Part shown: piece after piece, positions 1-8,673 of the stretch | How the letters are laid out: every line of letters begins with the position of its first letter | Numbering within the stretch: position 1 is the stretch's first letter | Source: an uncultured Gammaproteobacteria bacterium | Lineage (GTDB): Bacteria > Pseudomonadota > Gammaproteobacteria > Magnimaribacterales > TMED112 | DNA: 64,000 nt | Reading direction: 5' to 3' | Assembly: GCA_913020145.1 (NCBI GenBank) | Contig: CAJWAI010000003.1 | Location: forward strand, 1,243 to 65,242 | Position numbers and translations under genes: made by a program | The notes under the pieces: generated by a model | What the model was told of the DNA's origin: nothing | Database searches by the model: none | What the model saw: only the letters and a program-made list of their open reading frames with translations

Positions 1-1934
1 ACAAATGTTTCCATCAGATCGTCTGTAAATGCAATTGCTTCATTTACTTGGCAAGTAATGCACCAAGCTGCAGTGAAATTTATAAAATATGCTCTGTTAC
101 TATTCCTTAGAATATTCTCTTTTTCTAATGACCAAACAAAAGAACCACCTCGTTTCTTTTCTTTACCTTCTTGAAAATCTTCATCATTGTCGGAATACGC
201 AGTCTCCACACTCTCTTGTAAGCCATTACCAGTTAAAGAATATCCAATTTCTACATTTTGTTTAAAATCCCAATTACTCAGGGAATATCCGTATATAAAA
301 CTTAGGATAAGTATGGTTTTTATTAGATGTTTAAAAGCAATTTTTTGAAGCCATACAATAAAACTTATCAAAAATAACCCAATCATTACGATTAGCAATG
401 TATTGGCATTAACTTGATTAGCCAGCACCCACAACAACCAAATTGCAGCTCCAAACATCATAAAACCAAAGAGTTGTTTTATAGACTCCATCCATTGACC
501 AGGCTGAGGTAGAAATTTTACCAATGATGGAAATAAAGCAATTAAGAAATAGGGTAAAGCAAAACCAACAGCTAGCGACAAAAATACTACATATGAATAT
601 ATATCAGGCTGTATAAGAGCAAAACCTAAAGCAGCCCCCATAAAGGGTGCTGTGCATGGCGATGCGACGATCACTGATAAAGCTCCGGTGAAAAAAGAGT
701 TAATTAAACCAGAGCCTTTATTAAAATTTTCAAGCTTTGTTGAGCTTGAAAAAATATCAATATTTGTAACTAGAATCAAACCAATTGAAAAAATTAATAA
801 ACAAAGCAAGGTCACAATAAAAGGACTTTGTAATTGATACCCCCATCCAATTAATTCACCTGCATTTTTGAGAGAAATAAGCAGACTAGCTATGATCATA
901 AATGTCAAAATTACTCCGAACACATATGCAGATGCATTCATGGTTACAGAGGATTTAGATTCATTTGCATTTTTGACTAACGATAGAGCTTTTAATGCAA
1001 TAACTGGCAATACACAGGGCATAAGATTTAAAATCAAGCCACCAAGAAGGGCAAAAATTATTGCAGTCATTAAGCTTATGCCTGATTGCTGAAATGACTG
1101 ATCTTCATTGATCTGTTTTTCAACAAGCACACTTACATCTTTTATTACTGAATTAGAACCCTCAGTTGTTGCATTTGTTTCTGGTTGCTCAATATAGACT
1201 TCTTCATTGACTTCAAAAAAACCGGATTGTGATGAAATTATTCCATGTACCTTTCCATCAAAACTATCAAGCGCTGTAAATGATAGAGATGAATCTAATG
1301 AATCTTGTTCTGTAGAGAAATCTACAATTTGATCGTCATAAGGAAAGAAATAGGAATTACGACCAATTAACTCTGCACTAATCTTGATCTGATTATTTTG
1401 TATCGATGCATTTAAATCTGGAGGGCCTCTGACAGGCACAAGCTTTCTCCATTTTTCTAATTCATTTGGCCTTTCTTCTATATTGAGTATCTTATTTTTT
1501 AAAATTAATTTTAGATTTGCTTCTTCTGGTACACAGATATCATCGCAAACTAGGAATTTAATATTTATGTCTGTTTCATTATCTTTTAAATCAGTTATTT
1601 CTAAATTAAATGGAAATACGACTTCATTTTCATAGCCATAAGTCATTAAAGGTGGGTATTCAATAGTTTGAGGTCCTGGCCATAGATTTTGGTCTATCTT
1701 CCAGCCCTTTACTTGTTTGGATTGAAAAACTGGCGGTCCACCAGAATCACCAGGATTTATCCAATAAGTATGCCATCCTGGAGTAAATACAAATTTATAA
1801 CCCAGATGGATTGTCCCAGATTCAGAGAGAATATTGGTTTTTCCAATTATGGAAATTTCAGCGTGATCAGTCTTAACTGCTTTTGCATCTACTGCAAAAG
1901 CTAAGGTGATCAAAAATAAACTTAAAAATCTCAT
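1..1934 (-). CDS. dsbD: Thiol:disulfide interchange protein DsbD-like (partial; C-terminal end runs off the window start)
   Basis: Absent from the ORF track because its stop lies outside the window. My translation of the minus strand from the ATG at 1934 gives signal peptide MRFLSLFLITLAFA and a DsbD N-domain-like GWHTYWINPGDSGGPP. It continues with a CcdA-type membrane core (NLMPCVLPV and ASPCTAPFMGAALGFA) and a thioredoxin motif WCITCQ near nt 40-60. Plus-strand ORFs 652-837, 868-1092 and 1689-1904 are shadow frames. Confidence 0.8.
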   Translation of the reverse strand, partial: MRFLSLFLITLAFAVDAKAVKTDHAEISIIGKTNILSESGTIHLGYKFVFTPGWHTYWINPGDSGGPPVFQSKQVKGWKIDQNLWPGPQTIEYPPLMTYGYENEVVFPFNLEITDLKDNETDINIKFLVCDDICVPEEANLKLILKNKILNIEERPNELEKWRKLVPVRGPPDLNASIQNNQIKISAELIGRNSYFFPYDDQIVDFSTEQDSLDSSLSFTALDSFDGKVHGIISSQSGFFEVNEEVYIEQPETNATTEGSNSVIKDVSVLVEKQINEDQSFQQSGISLMTAIIFALLGGLILNLMPCVLPVIALKALSLVKNANESKSSVTMNASAYVFGVILTFMIIASLLISLKNAGELIGWGYQLQSPFIVTLLCLLIFSIGLILVTNIDIFSSSTKLENFNKGSGLINSFFTGALSVIVASPCTAPFMGAALGFALIQPDIYSYVVFLSLAVGFALPYFLIALFPSLVKFLPQPGQWMESIKQLFGFMMFGAAIWLLWVLANQVNANTLLIVMIGLFLISFIVWLQKIAFKHLIKTILILSFIYGYSLSNWDFKQNVEIGYSLTGNGLQESVETAYSDNDEDFQEGKEKKRGGSFVWSLEKENILRNSNRAYFINFTAAWCITCQVNEAIAFTDDLMETF

Positions 1935-1960
1935 AAAAGGAAAGGGCGGCTTAGCCGCCC
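1935..1960 (-). terminator. Rho-independent terminator downstream of ibpA
   Basis: On the minus strand GGGCGGC-TAA-GCCGCCC (7-bp GC stem, 1944-1960) is followed by TTTCCTTTT. It lies between the ibpA stop (1965) and the dsbD start (1934). Confidence 0.6.
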
Positions 1961-1964
1961 ACGT

Positions 1965-2381
1965 TTATTTTACCTCAATTACTCGAGGTTTTTTCTCATC
2001 TGGTACAACTCTTTCAAGATTTATTACTAAGAGTCCATTTTTTAATGAAGCTCCAAGTATTTCCAGATCTTCAGCTAATGTAAATTTAAGTTTGAATGCT
2101 CTTTTAGCGATTCCTTTGTGAACAGCCTCAACATCCGAACTATCTTTTTTAGGGCCATCGTATTTAATTGTCATGACACTATCACATAGCTCAATATCTA
2201 CATCTTTTTTATCAATTCCAGCTAGAGCTACCTCTATTTGGAATTTAAGCCCATCCCTATAAATGTTATATGGTGGGTAACTTGATTGAGACTCATTAGA
2301 AATTCTCTCGAGTCTATTTACGAGATTCTCAAAACCTAAAACGCGGTTTGAGAACATTGGGTCAGTAAAATTTATTAACAT
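1965..2381 (-). CDS. ibpA: Small heat-shock protein, Hsp20/alpha-crystallin family (IbpA-like)
   Basis: 138 aa. YPPYNI, IEVALAGIDKKDVDIE, GIAKRAFKLKFTLAE and NGLLVINLERVVPDEKKPRVIEV are colinear with E. coli IbpA as I recall it. Confidence 0.85.
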   Translation of the reverse strand: MLINFTDPMFSNRVLGFENLVNRLERISNESQSSYPPYNIYRDGLKFQIEVALAGIDKKDVDIELCDSVMTIKYDGPKKDSSDVEAVHKGIAKRAFKLKFTLAEDLEILGASLKNGLLVINLERVVPDEKKPRVIEVK

Positions 2382-2441
2382 AATAGTCCTCCTTTAAAGC
2401 AACTTGTTAATGTTTTTGTCGGCCTCACCTGAGCACCAACA
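2382..2441 (-). promoter_or_regulatory. Putative ROSE-like RNA thermometer in the ibpA 5'UTR (two hairpins, the second sequestering the SD)
   Basis: Minus-strand RNA AGUUGCUUUAAAGGAGGACU (2385-2404) folds with UUGCU opposite GGAGG. It has one bulged G and several G-U pairs and lies 3 nt before the AUG. An upstream hairpin GUUGGUGCUCAGGUGAGGCCGAC occupies 2418-2440. A sigma70-like TTGATT-N16-TAGATT sits at 2448-2475. Confidence 0.45.
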
Positions 2442-2512
2442 TCTAATAATCTAATGATAGATCCAAAAAAATCAAGAACTTTTTAACTAAAATGTAACTT
2501 TTACTACTCTTA

Positions 2513-2809
2513 TTGTTGATTTATTTCATAGTAATGGGTAGTATAAGTTACATTATGAGCAGAAACCATAAAAATCTAGTAATATTACTTACAGCAAAGC
2601 GAAAAGAAGCTGAGCTAACACAAGCAAGCCTTGCTGAAGCAGTACAAGTCTCAAGAAAAAGTATAAATGCTATTGAAAATGGAGTGTATGTGCCTACTAC
2701 AGTACTAGCGCTAAAGATTGCTACTGTGCTAAATTGTAGCGTTGAAGAAATATTTAAATTACATGATGGAACTTTTCCATTATTGATGAGGTCAAATGAG
2801 TATGAATAA
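2513..2809 (+). CDS. XRE-family helix-turn-helix transcriptional regulator
   Basis: LTQASLAEAVQVSRKSINAIENGVYVPTTVLALKIATVLNCSVEEIF is a typical HTH_3 domain. The real start is probably the internal Met (MSRNHKNL...). Confidence 0.7.
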   Translation: MLIYFIVMGSISYIMSRNHKNLVILLTAKRKEAELTQASLAEAVQVSRKSINAIENGVYVPTTVLALKIATVLNCSVEEIFKLHDGTFPLLMRSNEYE

Positions 2810-3284
2810 AAAAATACAATCAATAATTCTAATTTCGATTTTAGCTCTTGGCGGTTGTGCTACTGGAGGTTTTTCTCCAGATGTAGTCTCAAGAGATGCT
2901 GCAGGTAAAAGCCAATATGTTCAGTCAGGAACAATTGTTTCAATTAAAAAAGTTACCATTGAGGGAGACAGAGAGAGTGGAAATATTTTTGGCTCTATTC
3001 TTGGTGCAATAGTTGGTTCTAACATCGGTGGTGAAGACGACCAGACCACTCAAGAAGTTGGAGCAGTTGTAGGCACAGCTGTTGGTTCAGTAGTTGGCCA
3101 AGAAACTAGCGAAAGAATTTCAAGAAAAGAGGGTTTAGAAATAATTGTAAAACTTGATTCAAATGAAAGAGAAATTTCTATCGTACAGGAATTATCTACA
3201 GATCCAGATTATGCTTTTAGTGTTGGCGATGAAGTAAGAATTGTAAGGTCTTCTGGAAAGAGCAGAGTAGTGCCTTATAATTAA
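2796..3284 (+). CDS. Outer-membrane lipoprotein with glycine-zipper domain (SlyB/Pcp-like)
   Basis: Lipobox LALGGC and glycine-zipper stretch GSILGAIVGSNIGG...GAVVGTAVGSVVG. Confidence 0.65.
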   Translation: MSMNKKIQSIILISILALGGCATGGFSPDVVSRDAAGKSQYVQSGTIVSIKKVTIEGDRESGNIFGSILGAIVGSNIGGEDDQTTQEVGAVVGTAVGSVVGQETSERISRKEGLEIIVKLDSNEREISIVQELSTDPDYAFSVGDEVRIVRSSGKSRVVPYN

Positions 3285-3288
3285 ATGA

Positions 3289-3723
3289 TTGAATTCAGTA
3301 AACCTTTGGAATAAAGCCCTAGACATTCTCTCCAGAAGAGAGCACTCTGCCTATGAGCTTAAAACTAAGCTAAAAAAGTTTGAGCCTGATGAAAAAGATC
3401 TAAATGAACTCATTGAGAAATTAAAATCATCAAATTTTATTGATGATGAAAGATTTGCCATTGCATTCATTAGATCAAAGGCTCAATCTGGTTATGGACC
3501 TTCTTACATATCTCAGTATCTTCTAAAAAAAAGAGTACCCTCTGATATCTATGATATGAATTCTCTAAATATTGATTGGGAATCAGTATGCAGAGATCAA
3601 TTTGAGAAAAAAAGGCATGGTAAAGATATAAATTTTAAAGAAAAAGAGAAGATTTTAAGATTTTTAGCCTATAGAGGTTTTAGTTATGAAATAATAAAAA
3701 ACGCTCTAAAAGAATACGACTAA
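3289..3723 (+). CDS. recX: Recombination regulator RecX
   Basis: 144 aa. ALDILSRREHSAYELKTKLKK plus repeated three-helix pattern (FIDDERFAIAFIRSK, LAYRGFSYEII). TTG start. There is no recA upstream. Confidence 0.7.
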   Translation: MNSVNLWNKALDILSRREHSAYELKTKLKKFEPDEKDLNELIEKLKSSNFIDDERFAIAFIRSKAQSGYGPSYISQYLLKKRVPSDIYDMNSLNIDWESVCRDQFEKKRHGKDINFKEKEKILRFLAYRGFSYEIIKNALKEYD

Positions 3724-5294
3724 TGGCTTTAGCTAATAAATACAGACCAAATTCATTTTCTGAAGTAATAGGACAGGAAAACGCTGTTATTGCTTTGAGA
3801 AATATTATTAAAAATCAATCTTTTCATAATGGGTATATTTTCTCAGGAACACGCGGAGTTGGTAAAACTACATTGGGCCGATTGTTTGCAAAGGCCCTAA
3901 ACTGTATAAATTATGATGCTAAAAAAGGTGAAACCTGCAATGTCTGCAATAATTGTAAAGAAATACAAAAAAATTCTCACTTAGATCTCATTGAAATTGA
4001 TGCTGCTTCTAGGACAGGCGTTGATGATATGAGAGAGCTATTAGACTCAGTTCAATATAGGCCATCACAAGGCAAGTATAAGGTTTATTTAATAGATGAA
4101 GTTCATATGTTGTCTCCGCAAAGCTTCAATGCAATGCTAAAAACACTAGAAGAACCACCAGGCCATGTAATATTTATGCTTGCTACTACAGAAGCAAATA
4201 AGATTCCCAAAACCATTGTTTCTCGGTGCCTTCAATTTAATCTGAAATTAGTCTCCGATGAATTGATAGCTGGGAATTTAAAAAGAGTTTTTATCAATGA
4301 GGAAGTTACCACTGATGATAAGTCTATCGATTTATTGGTAGAACTAGCTAAAGGGTCAGTTAGAGATTCACTCACTTTAGCAGATCAGGCAATCTCACAT
4401 TGCGATGGCAATCTTACAGAACCAGAGATATCAAAATTACATGGTGTTTTGGATATTTCTTCAACAACTAAATTATTTGAAGCAATCTTTAGCAACTCAG
4501 TAGATGGTGTTGTTAATGAGATTAAGAGATATAAGTCATTGGATGTTAATTACGACATTCTTTTTGATAGAGCTTTAAGCTTCTTGCATACCAATATGGT
4601 TGATAATGTTTTATCAGATGAAGAATCAAACCAAGACCTTCATTTATATTACCAGTTTTTTACTAATGGCTTGATAGATGCAAAGCAAACAGGAAACAAA
4701 AGAGATTGTTTTGACATAGCTGTTCTTAGATGTCTTACATTCGCCGAACAATCGGAAAACAAAGTAAAAAAAAAGCCAAAATTAGTTAAAAAAATAGAAC
4801 CTAAACTAACTGCCACTAAAAAAGAACCTCAAAAAAAAGAAAGTCTAGAAAAACCTATAGAGCCTTTAAAGGATGTAAGCCCTAAAAAAAATGGCATAAA
4901 GCTTTCACCAGATAATTGGCTTGAACTATTTGATCGGCTTGATTTATCTGGTCCTTCAAGAGCATTTTTCTCAAATTTGCAGCTGCAAAAAGTTGAAAAG
5001 AAGACCCTTTTCTTTAGTGGAACTGATTTATTCGCCGAAAGAATTAATGAAGGAGATAGTGTTAATTTAATAGAGTCTTTAAATAGATTAGGTCATGAAG
5101 ACTATTCTGTTGAAGTCGAATCTTCTGAGACTGTGAAAAACACACCTTCACAAGAATGGGTTAAAAATAGAAATAAAGATATTGAAGAATTTAGAAAAGA
5201 AATTATAAGCAGTGAATTAATTATGAATCTTAAAGAAAATTTTGGAGAAGAAATAACAGAGGATAAAATTACTATTATTGATCATGAAGAATGA
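3723..5294 (+). CDS. dnaX: DNA polymerase III subunit gamma/tau
   Basis: KYRPNSFSEVIGQE, Walker A GTRGVGKTT, Zn module CNVCNNC, DEVHMLS, SRC motif VSRCLQF. Confidence 0.95.
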   Translation: MALANKYRPNSFSEVIGQENAVIALRNIIKNQSFHNGYIFSGTRGVGKTTLGRLFAKALNCINYDAKKGETCNVCNNCKEIQKNSHLDLIEIDAASRTGVDDMRELLDSVQYRPSQGKYKVYLIDEVHMLSPQSFNAMLKTLEEPPGHVIFMLATTEANKIPKTIVSRCLQFNLKLVSDELIAGNLKRVFINEEVTTDDKSIDLLVELAKGSVRDSLTLADQAISHCDGNLTEPEISKLHGVLDISSTTKLFEAIFSNSVDGVVNEIKRYKSLDVNYDILFDRALSFLHTNMVDNVLSDEESNQDLHLYYQFFTNGLIDAKQTGNKRDCFDIAVLRCLTFAEQSENKVKKKPKLVKKIEPKLTATKKEPQKKESLEKPIEPLKDVSPKKNGIKLSPDNWLELFDRLDLSGPSRAFFSNLQLQKVEKKTLFFSGTDLFAERINEGDSVNLIESLNRLGHEDYSVEVESSETVKNTPSQEWVKNRNKDIEEFRKEIISSELIMNLKENFGEEITEDKITIIDHEE

Positions 5295-5886
5295 AGAAAC
5301 TTTGTTAGCTCAATTAATCCAGTCATTTAAGATCCTTCCTGGAATTGGAGAAAAATCAGCCCAAAGAATGGCATTTTATCTCTTAGAAAAAAATAGGGAG
5401 GGAGGAAATAATCTTGCAAAATTAATTTCGACCTCTATGGAGCAGATAAGAAATTGTTCCACATGTAGGAATTTAACAGAAGAAGTGGAATGCGAGATTT
5501 GTTCTAATGAAAAAAGAGACAAAAATTTGTTATGTGTCGTTGAAAATCCAACTGACGTAATTGCGATTGAGAGTTCAGGCAGCTTTAAAGGCAAATATTT
5601 TGTTCTGATGGGAAGACTTTCACCAATAGACGGCATCACCCCGGAGAACCTTGGTATACCAATGCTTATTGAGCGTATTAATAATTCAGATATAAAAGAG
5701 ATAATCATTGCTACAAGCCCAACTGTAGAAGGAGATGCAACATCATTTTATATAAATGACCAAATCAAAGACGAAACTGTATTGGTGTCGAGAATTGCAT
5801 ATGGCGTACCAATGGGTGGAGAGCTAGAATACGTAGATAACACAACCTTAAGTAGGGCAATACAAGGAAGAAGGAAGTTAGATTAA
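5278..5886 (+). CDS. recR: Recombination protein RecR
   Basis: [17 protein letters not shown]hH motif, C4 zinc finger CSTCRNL...CEIC, Toprim region [12 protein letters not shown]. Confidence 0.95.
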   Translation: MIMKNEETLLAQLIQSFKILPGIGEKSAQRMAFYLLEKNREGGNNLAKLISTSMEQIRNCSTCRNLTEEVECEICSNEKRDKNLLCVVENPTDVIAIESSGSFKGKYFVLMGRLSPIDGITPENLGIPMLIERINNSDIKEIIIATSPTVEGDATSFYINDQIKDETVLVSRIAYGVPMGGELEYVDNTTLSRAIQGRRKLD

Positions 5887-6452
5887 TGACTATAAAGTCT
5901 GACAAATGGATAATAGATCAATCTGAAAAAAATGATTTAATAAAACCATTTGAATCCAATCAAGTAAGAGAAGTTGAGGGAAAAAAAATAGTCTCATATG
6001 GTGTTTCAAGTTATGGCTATGATGTCAGATGTGCAAATGAATTTAAAATATTTACTAATACTCATTCTTCAGTAGTAGACCCAAAAAATTTTGATAAGAA
6101 TAGTTTTATAGATGTCACCGCAGATGAATGCATCATTCCGCCGAATTCATTTGCACTTGCCAGAACAATTGAATATTTCAAGATACCTCGCTCTGTACTT
6201 ACTTTATGCTTGGGTAAATCGACTTATGCTAGATGTGGCATCATAGTAAATGTAACTCCCCTCGAACCAGAGTGGGAAGGTCATGTCACTTTAGAGTTCT
6301 CTAATACCACTAATTTGCCTGCAAAAATTTATGCAAATGAAGGTGTTGCTCAAATGGTCTTTTTTGAAGCTGATGAAATTTGTTCAACAAGCTATAAAGA
6401 TAGAGGCGGCAAGTATCAAGGCCAAAAAGGTGTCACTCTGCCAAAAACTTAG
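5886..6452 (+). CDS. dcd: dCTP deaminase
   Basis: 188 aa. [55 protein letters not shown]. Confidence 0.95.
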   Translation: MTIKSDKWIIDQSEKNDLIKPFESNQVREVEGKKIVSYGVSSYGYDVRCANEFKIFTNTHSSVVDPKNFDKNSFIDVTADECIIPPNSFALARTIEYFKIPRSVLTLCLGKSTYARCGIIVNVTPLEPEWEGHVTLEFSNTTNLPAKIYANEGVAQMVFFEADEICSTSYKDRGGKYQGQKGVTLPKT

Positions 6453-7113
6453 GCATTTTTTTTAATACAAGTGAATTAATATCCCCATTCTTTAATTCAA
6501 CAAAACTCTTAATAATCATGAAATCTAATTCAGGTGAAATGAAATAAACGATTTTGCCTCCATTCAATGAAGTTGCACTTATTTTTATGCACTCGAATGT
6601 ACCAAAATCCGTTTTGATATTTTCATTTCCTTGCGTTTCATAAGTTCGCTCTACAATGTTTCCTTCATCATTATCGATAACGAATAATTTAAAATTTTTA
6701 ATCCCATTCTTTGCATTTAATCTCATTTGTAGATCACTGCCTAATTGATCAAGAATTTTTTCATCTCTTTCAATGTTGAGATTAAGTTCTTTTGACCTGG
6801 TTAGGTTATTTTCAAATGTAACTTTAAAGTAGTTAGGATCTACACCTGGCACATTGTTGCTAACTTCTGTTAGAGATGACCTAACATCTCCATCACTAAT
6901 CTCTAAACTCGAATCTTGAGAGTATTTAAAAATTATTAAAGGCCTAAGAACAAAGCTTGAAGATATACTGTCTTCAGACTGCACTATGAAATTTCTTTCC
7001 ATATTAAAATTACCAAATTGATGATGAGAAAATGTAAAATTTGCCTTCCAGCTTTTAAAATTTTCAGCGAAGGAAAATAATGGAACTAGCACTAAGAGAA
7101 AAATTTTTTTCAT
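6433..7113 (-). CDS. Secreted hypothetical protein (DUF3108-like by position downstream of purN)
   Basis: Signal peptide [16 protein letters not shown] and beta-rich sequence. The position after purMN matches the usual gammaproteobacterial context. The family call is from recalled synteny only. Confidence 0.45.
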   Translation of the reverse strand: MKKIFLLVLVPLFSFAENFKSWKANFTFSHHQFGNFNMERNFIVQSEDSISSSFVLRPLIIFKYSQDSSLEISDGDVRSSLTEVSNNVPGVDPNYFKVTFENNLTRSKELNLNIERDEKILDQLGSDLQMRLNAKNGIKNFKLFVIDNDEGNIVERTYETQGNENIKTDFGTFECIKISATSLNGGKIVYFISPELDFMIIKSFVELKNGDINSLVLKKMPKFLAE

Positions 7114-7664
7114 TAAATTAATTTTGAAATTGTTTCAGGGTAAATTCTATTTTCTATTTGTTTAACCCTATCAGTGAGACTCTTTACAGTATCATTTAGT
7201 TCAATCTTAAAGGATTCTTGTCTTATTATTGGCCCCGCATCTAATTCATTTATTACATAGTGTATTGTCGTACCATGATACTCATCTTTGGCTTCTAAAG
7301 CTTTTTGATGTGTATTTAACCCAGGATATTTTGGAAGTAATGATGGATGTATATTGATTATTTGGCCTTCCCAGTCATTAACTAATGATTCTGATATTAT
7401 TCTCATATAACCGGCCAAGATAATATAATCCGGATTAATTTTTTCTAAGAATTTAGATACATTATTATCAAAATCTTCCCTAGATTTAAAAACTCTATGG
7501 TCAATAACCTCACATTGAGTATCATATTTGCCGCAGATTTTTATTCCTTCCGCATTAGGGTTGTTTGTAAAAGCACTTATTACTTCATAACCATAATCTG
7601 TTTGCTTATTAAGAATTGATTCAAGGTTCGTTCCTGTACCTGAAAAGAAAACAACTATTTTCAT
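7113..7664 (-). CDS. purN: Phosphoribosylglycinamide formyltransferase
   Basis: FSGTGTNLESIL, ILAGYMRI, INIHPSLLPKYPGLNTHQKALE, GTTIHYV. Confidence 0.95.
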   Translation of the reverse strand: MKIVVFFSGTGTNLESILNKQTDYGYEVISAFTNNPNAEGIKICGKYDTQCEVIDHRVFKSREDFDNNVSKFLEKINPDYIILAGYMRIISESLVNDWEGQIINIHPSLLPKYPGLNTHQKALEAKDEYHGTTIHYVINELDAGPIIRQESFKIELNDTVKSLTDRVKQIENRIYPETISKLI

Positions 7665-8653
7665 ATAAATTTAAAGTCAACTTCACCCTTGTCCGACACA
7701 AAACCAATCTCTATTAATTTCGGATTCTCTTTAATAGCTTTTTTTGCGTTCAATTTATCTAGCACTAAGCAAAAACCAATACCACAGTTGAAAACATTAA
7801 ACATTTCTTCTTCTGAAATATTTCCTAATTCTTTTATCTCTTCAAATATATTTGGTAATGCCCATTTTTTTCTATCTATACATATTGTTTTTCCATTAGC
7901 AATTCTTGATAGATTTTCATTTAAACCACCACCAGTTATATGTGCCATTCCATTAATTTTGCAGACCTTTTTAAGAGCCAAGATATCATTTACATATATA
8001 TTTGTAGGAGTTAATAATTTTTGCATGAGAGAATTGTCAATAACCTTATCTTCGATAATTTGATTTATTAATGAATATCCATTTGAGTGAAACCCAGAGG
8101 AGGGCAGGCCAAGAACTAAATTGTCTGCTTCTATTGATGAACCATCGATTATTTCATCTTTATTGTTAACACCAAGGGAGAAACCCACCAAATCAAAGTT
8201 GTCATTTGTATAGTGATTAGGCATTTCAGCAGTTTCTCCACCAATTAACTCACAACCTGCTAATTTACAACCTTCTAGTATCCCTGAAATGATTTCTTTC
8301 CCTTTTGACCTATCTAATTTTGAACAGCCATAATAATCCAAGAATGCTGTTGGCTTTGCACCACTCGAGATTAAATCGTTAACACACATAGCAACAAGAT
8401 CGATACCAATTGTTTTTAAATTATTAAGCTTTAGAGCAATTTTTATTTTTGTGCCAACACCATCGCATGCCAAAGCATAGACGGGTGAAGAAAATTCGGA
8501 AGGTGTATCGACATATCCAGAAAAGCTGCCAATATTACTCAGAGAATATGATGTAATAGGTTCTCGTGTAAGGTCCTTTATATCTTCTATAAATCTTTGG
8601 CCTTCCTCGATATCAACACCTGTATCTTTGTACTTATTTTTGTTTTTTGTCAT
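7661..8653 (-). CDS. purM: Phosphoribosylformylglycinamidine cyclo-ligase (AIR synthetase)
   Basis: YKDTGVDIEEG, DGVGTKIKIA, DLVAMCVNDL, GGETAEMP, SSGFHSNGYSL. Confidence 0.95.
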   Translation of the reverse strand: MTKNKNKYKDTGVDIEEGQRFIEDIKDLTREPITSYSLSNIGSFSGYVDTPSEFSSPVYALACDGVGTKIKIALKLNNLKTIGIDLVAMCVNDLISSGAKPTAFLDYYGCSKLDRSKGKEIISGILEGCKLAGCELIGGETAEMPNHYTNDNFDLVGFSLGVNNKDEIIDGSSIEADNLVLGLPSSGFHSNGYSLINQIIEDKVIDNSLMQKLLTPTNIYVNDILALKKVCKINGMAHITGGGLNENLSRIANGKTICIDRKKWALPNIFEEIKELGNISEEEMFNVFNCGIGFCLVLDKLNAKKAIKENPKLIEIGFVSDKGEVDFKFI

Positions 8654-8673
8654 AAAATAGTTAATCTTAAATT

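Noticed and set aside
652-2121. Plus-strand ORFs 652-837, 868-1092, 1689-1904 and 1906-2121
   Set aside because: They lie antisense to or out of frame with the strongly supported minus-strand dsbD-like gene (1-1934) and ibpA. They have low-complexity composition and no motifs, so they are shadow ORFs.
2448-2480. Sigma32 heat-shock promoter for ibpA
   Set aside because: CTTGAT is present, but no CCCCAT-like -10 lies at the correct spacing. Only a sigma70-like TTGATT-N16-TAGATT fits, and the call is low confidence.
2548-2823. Numerous 60-125-aa ORFs antisense to well-supported genes: 2548-2823, 5376-5708, 7689-8063, 11149-11337, 13074-13412, 14610-14792, 15509-15691, 16536-16748, 16940-17122, 18852-19034, 19349-19540, 20223-20477, 21464-21838, 24520-24810, 27565-27747, 28246-28551, 29026-29208, 30259-30585, 32261-32443, 35203-35484, 36401-36586, 38012-38203, 38345-38632, 41925-42368, 42816-43100, 45867-46139, 46267-46458, 50088-50276, 50854-51078, 52421-52672, 52724-52972, 53273-53629, 55264-55470, 59056-59247, 59964-60500, 61158-61682, 62745-62969
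   Set aside because: Each is fully or mostly embedded in a longer ORF with clear family motifs. Their translations are Ser/Leu/Ile/Phe-rich mirror images typical of antisense frames in AT-rich DNA, and none has a recognisable domain.
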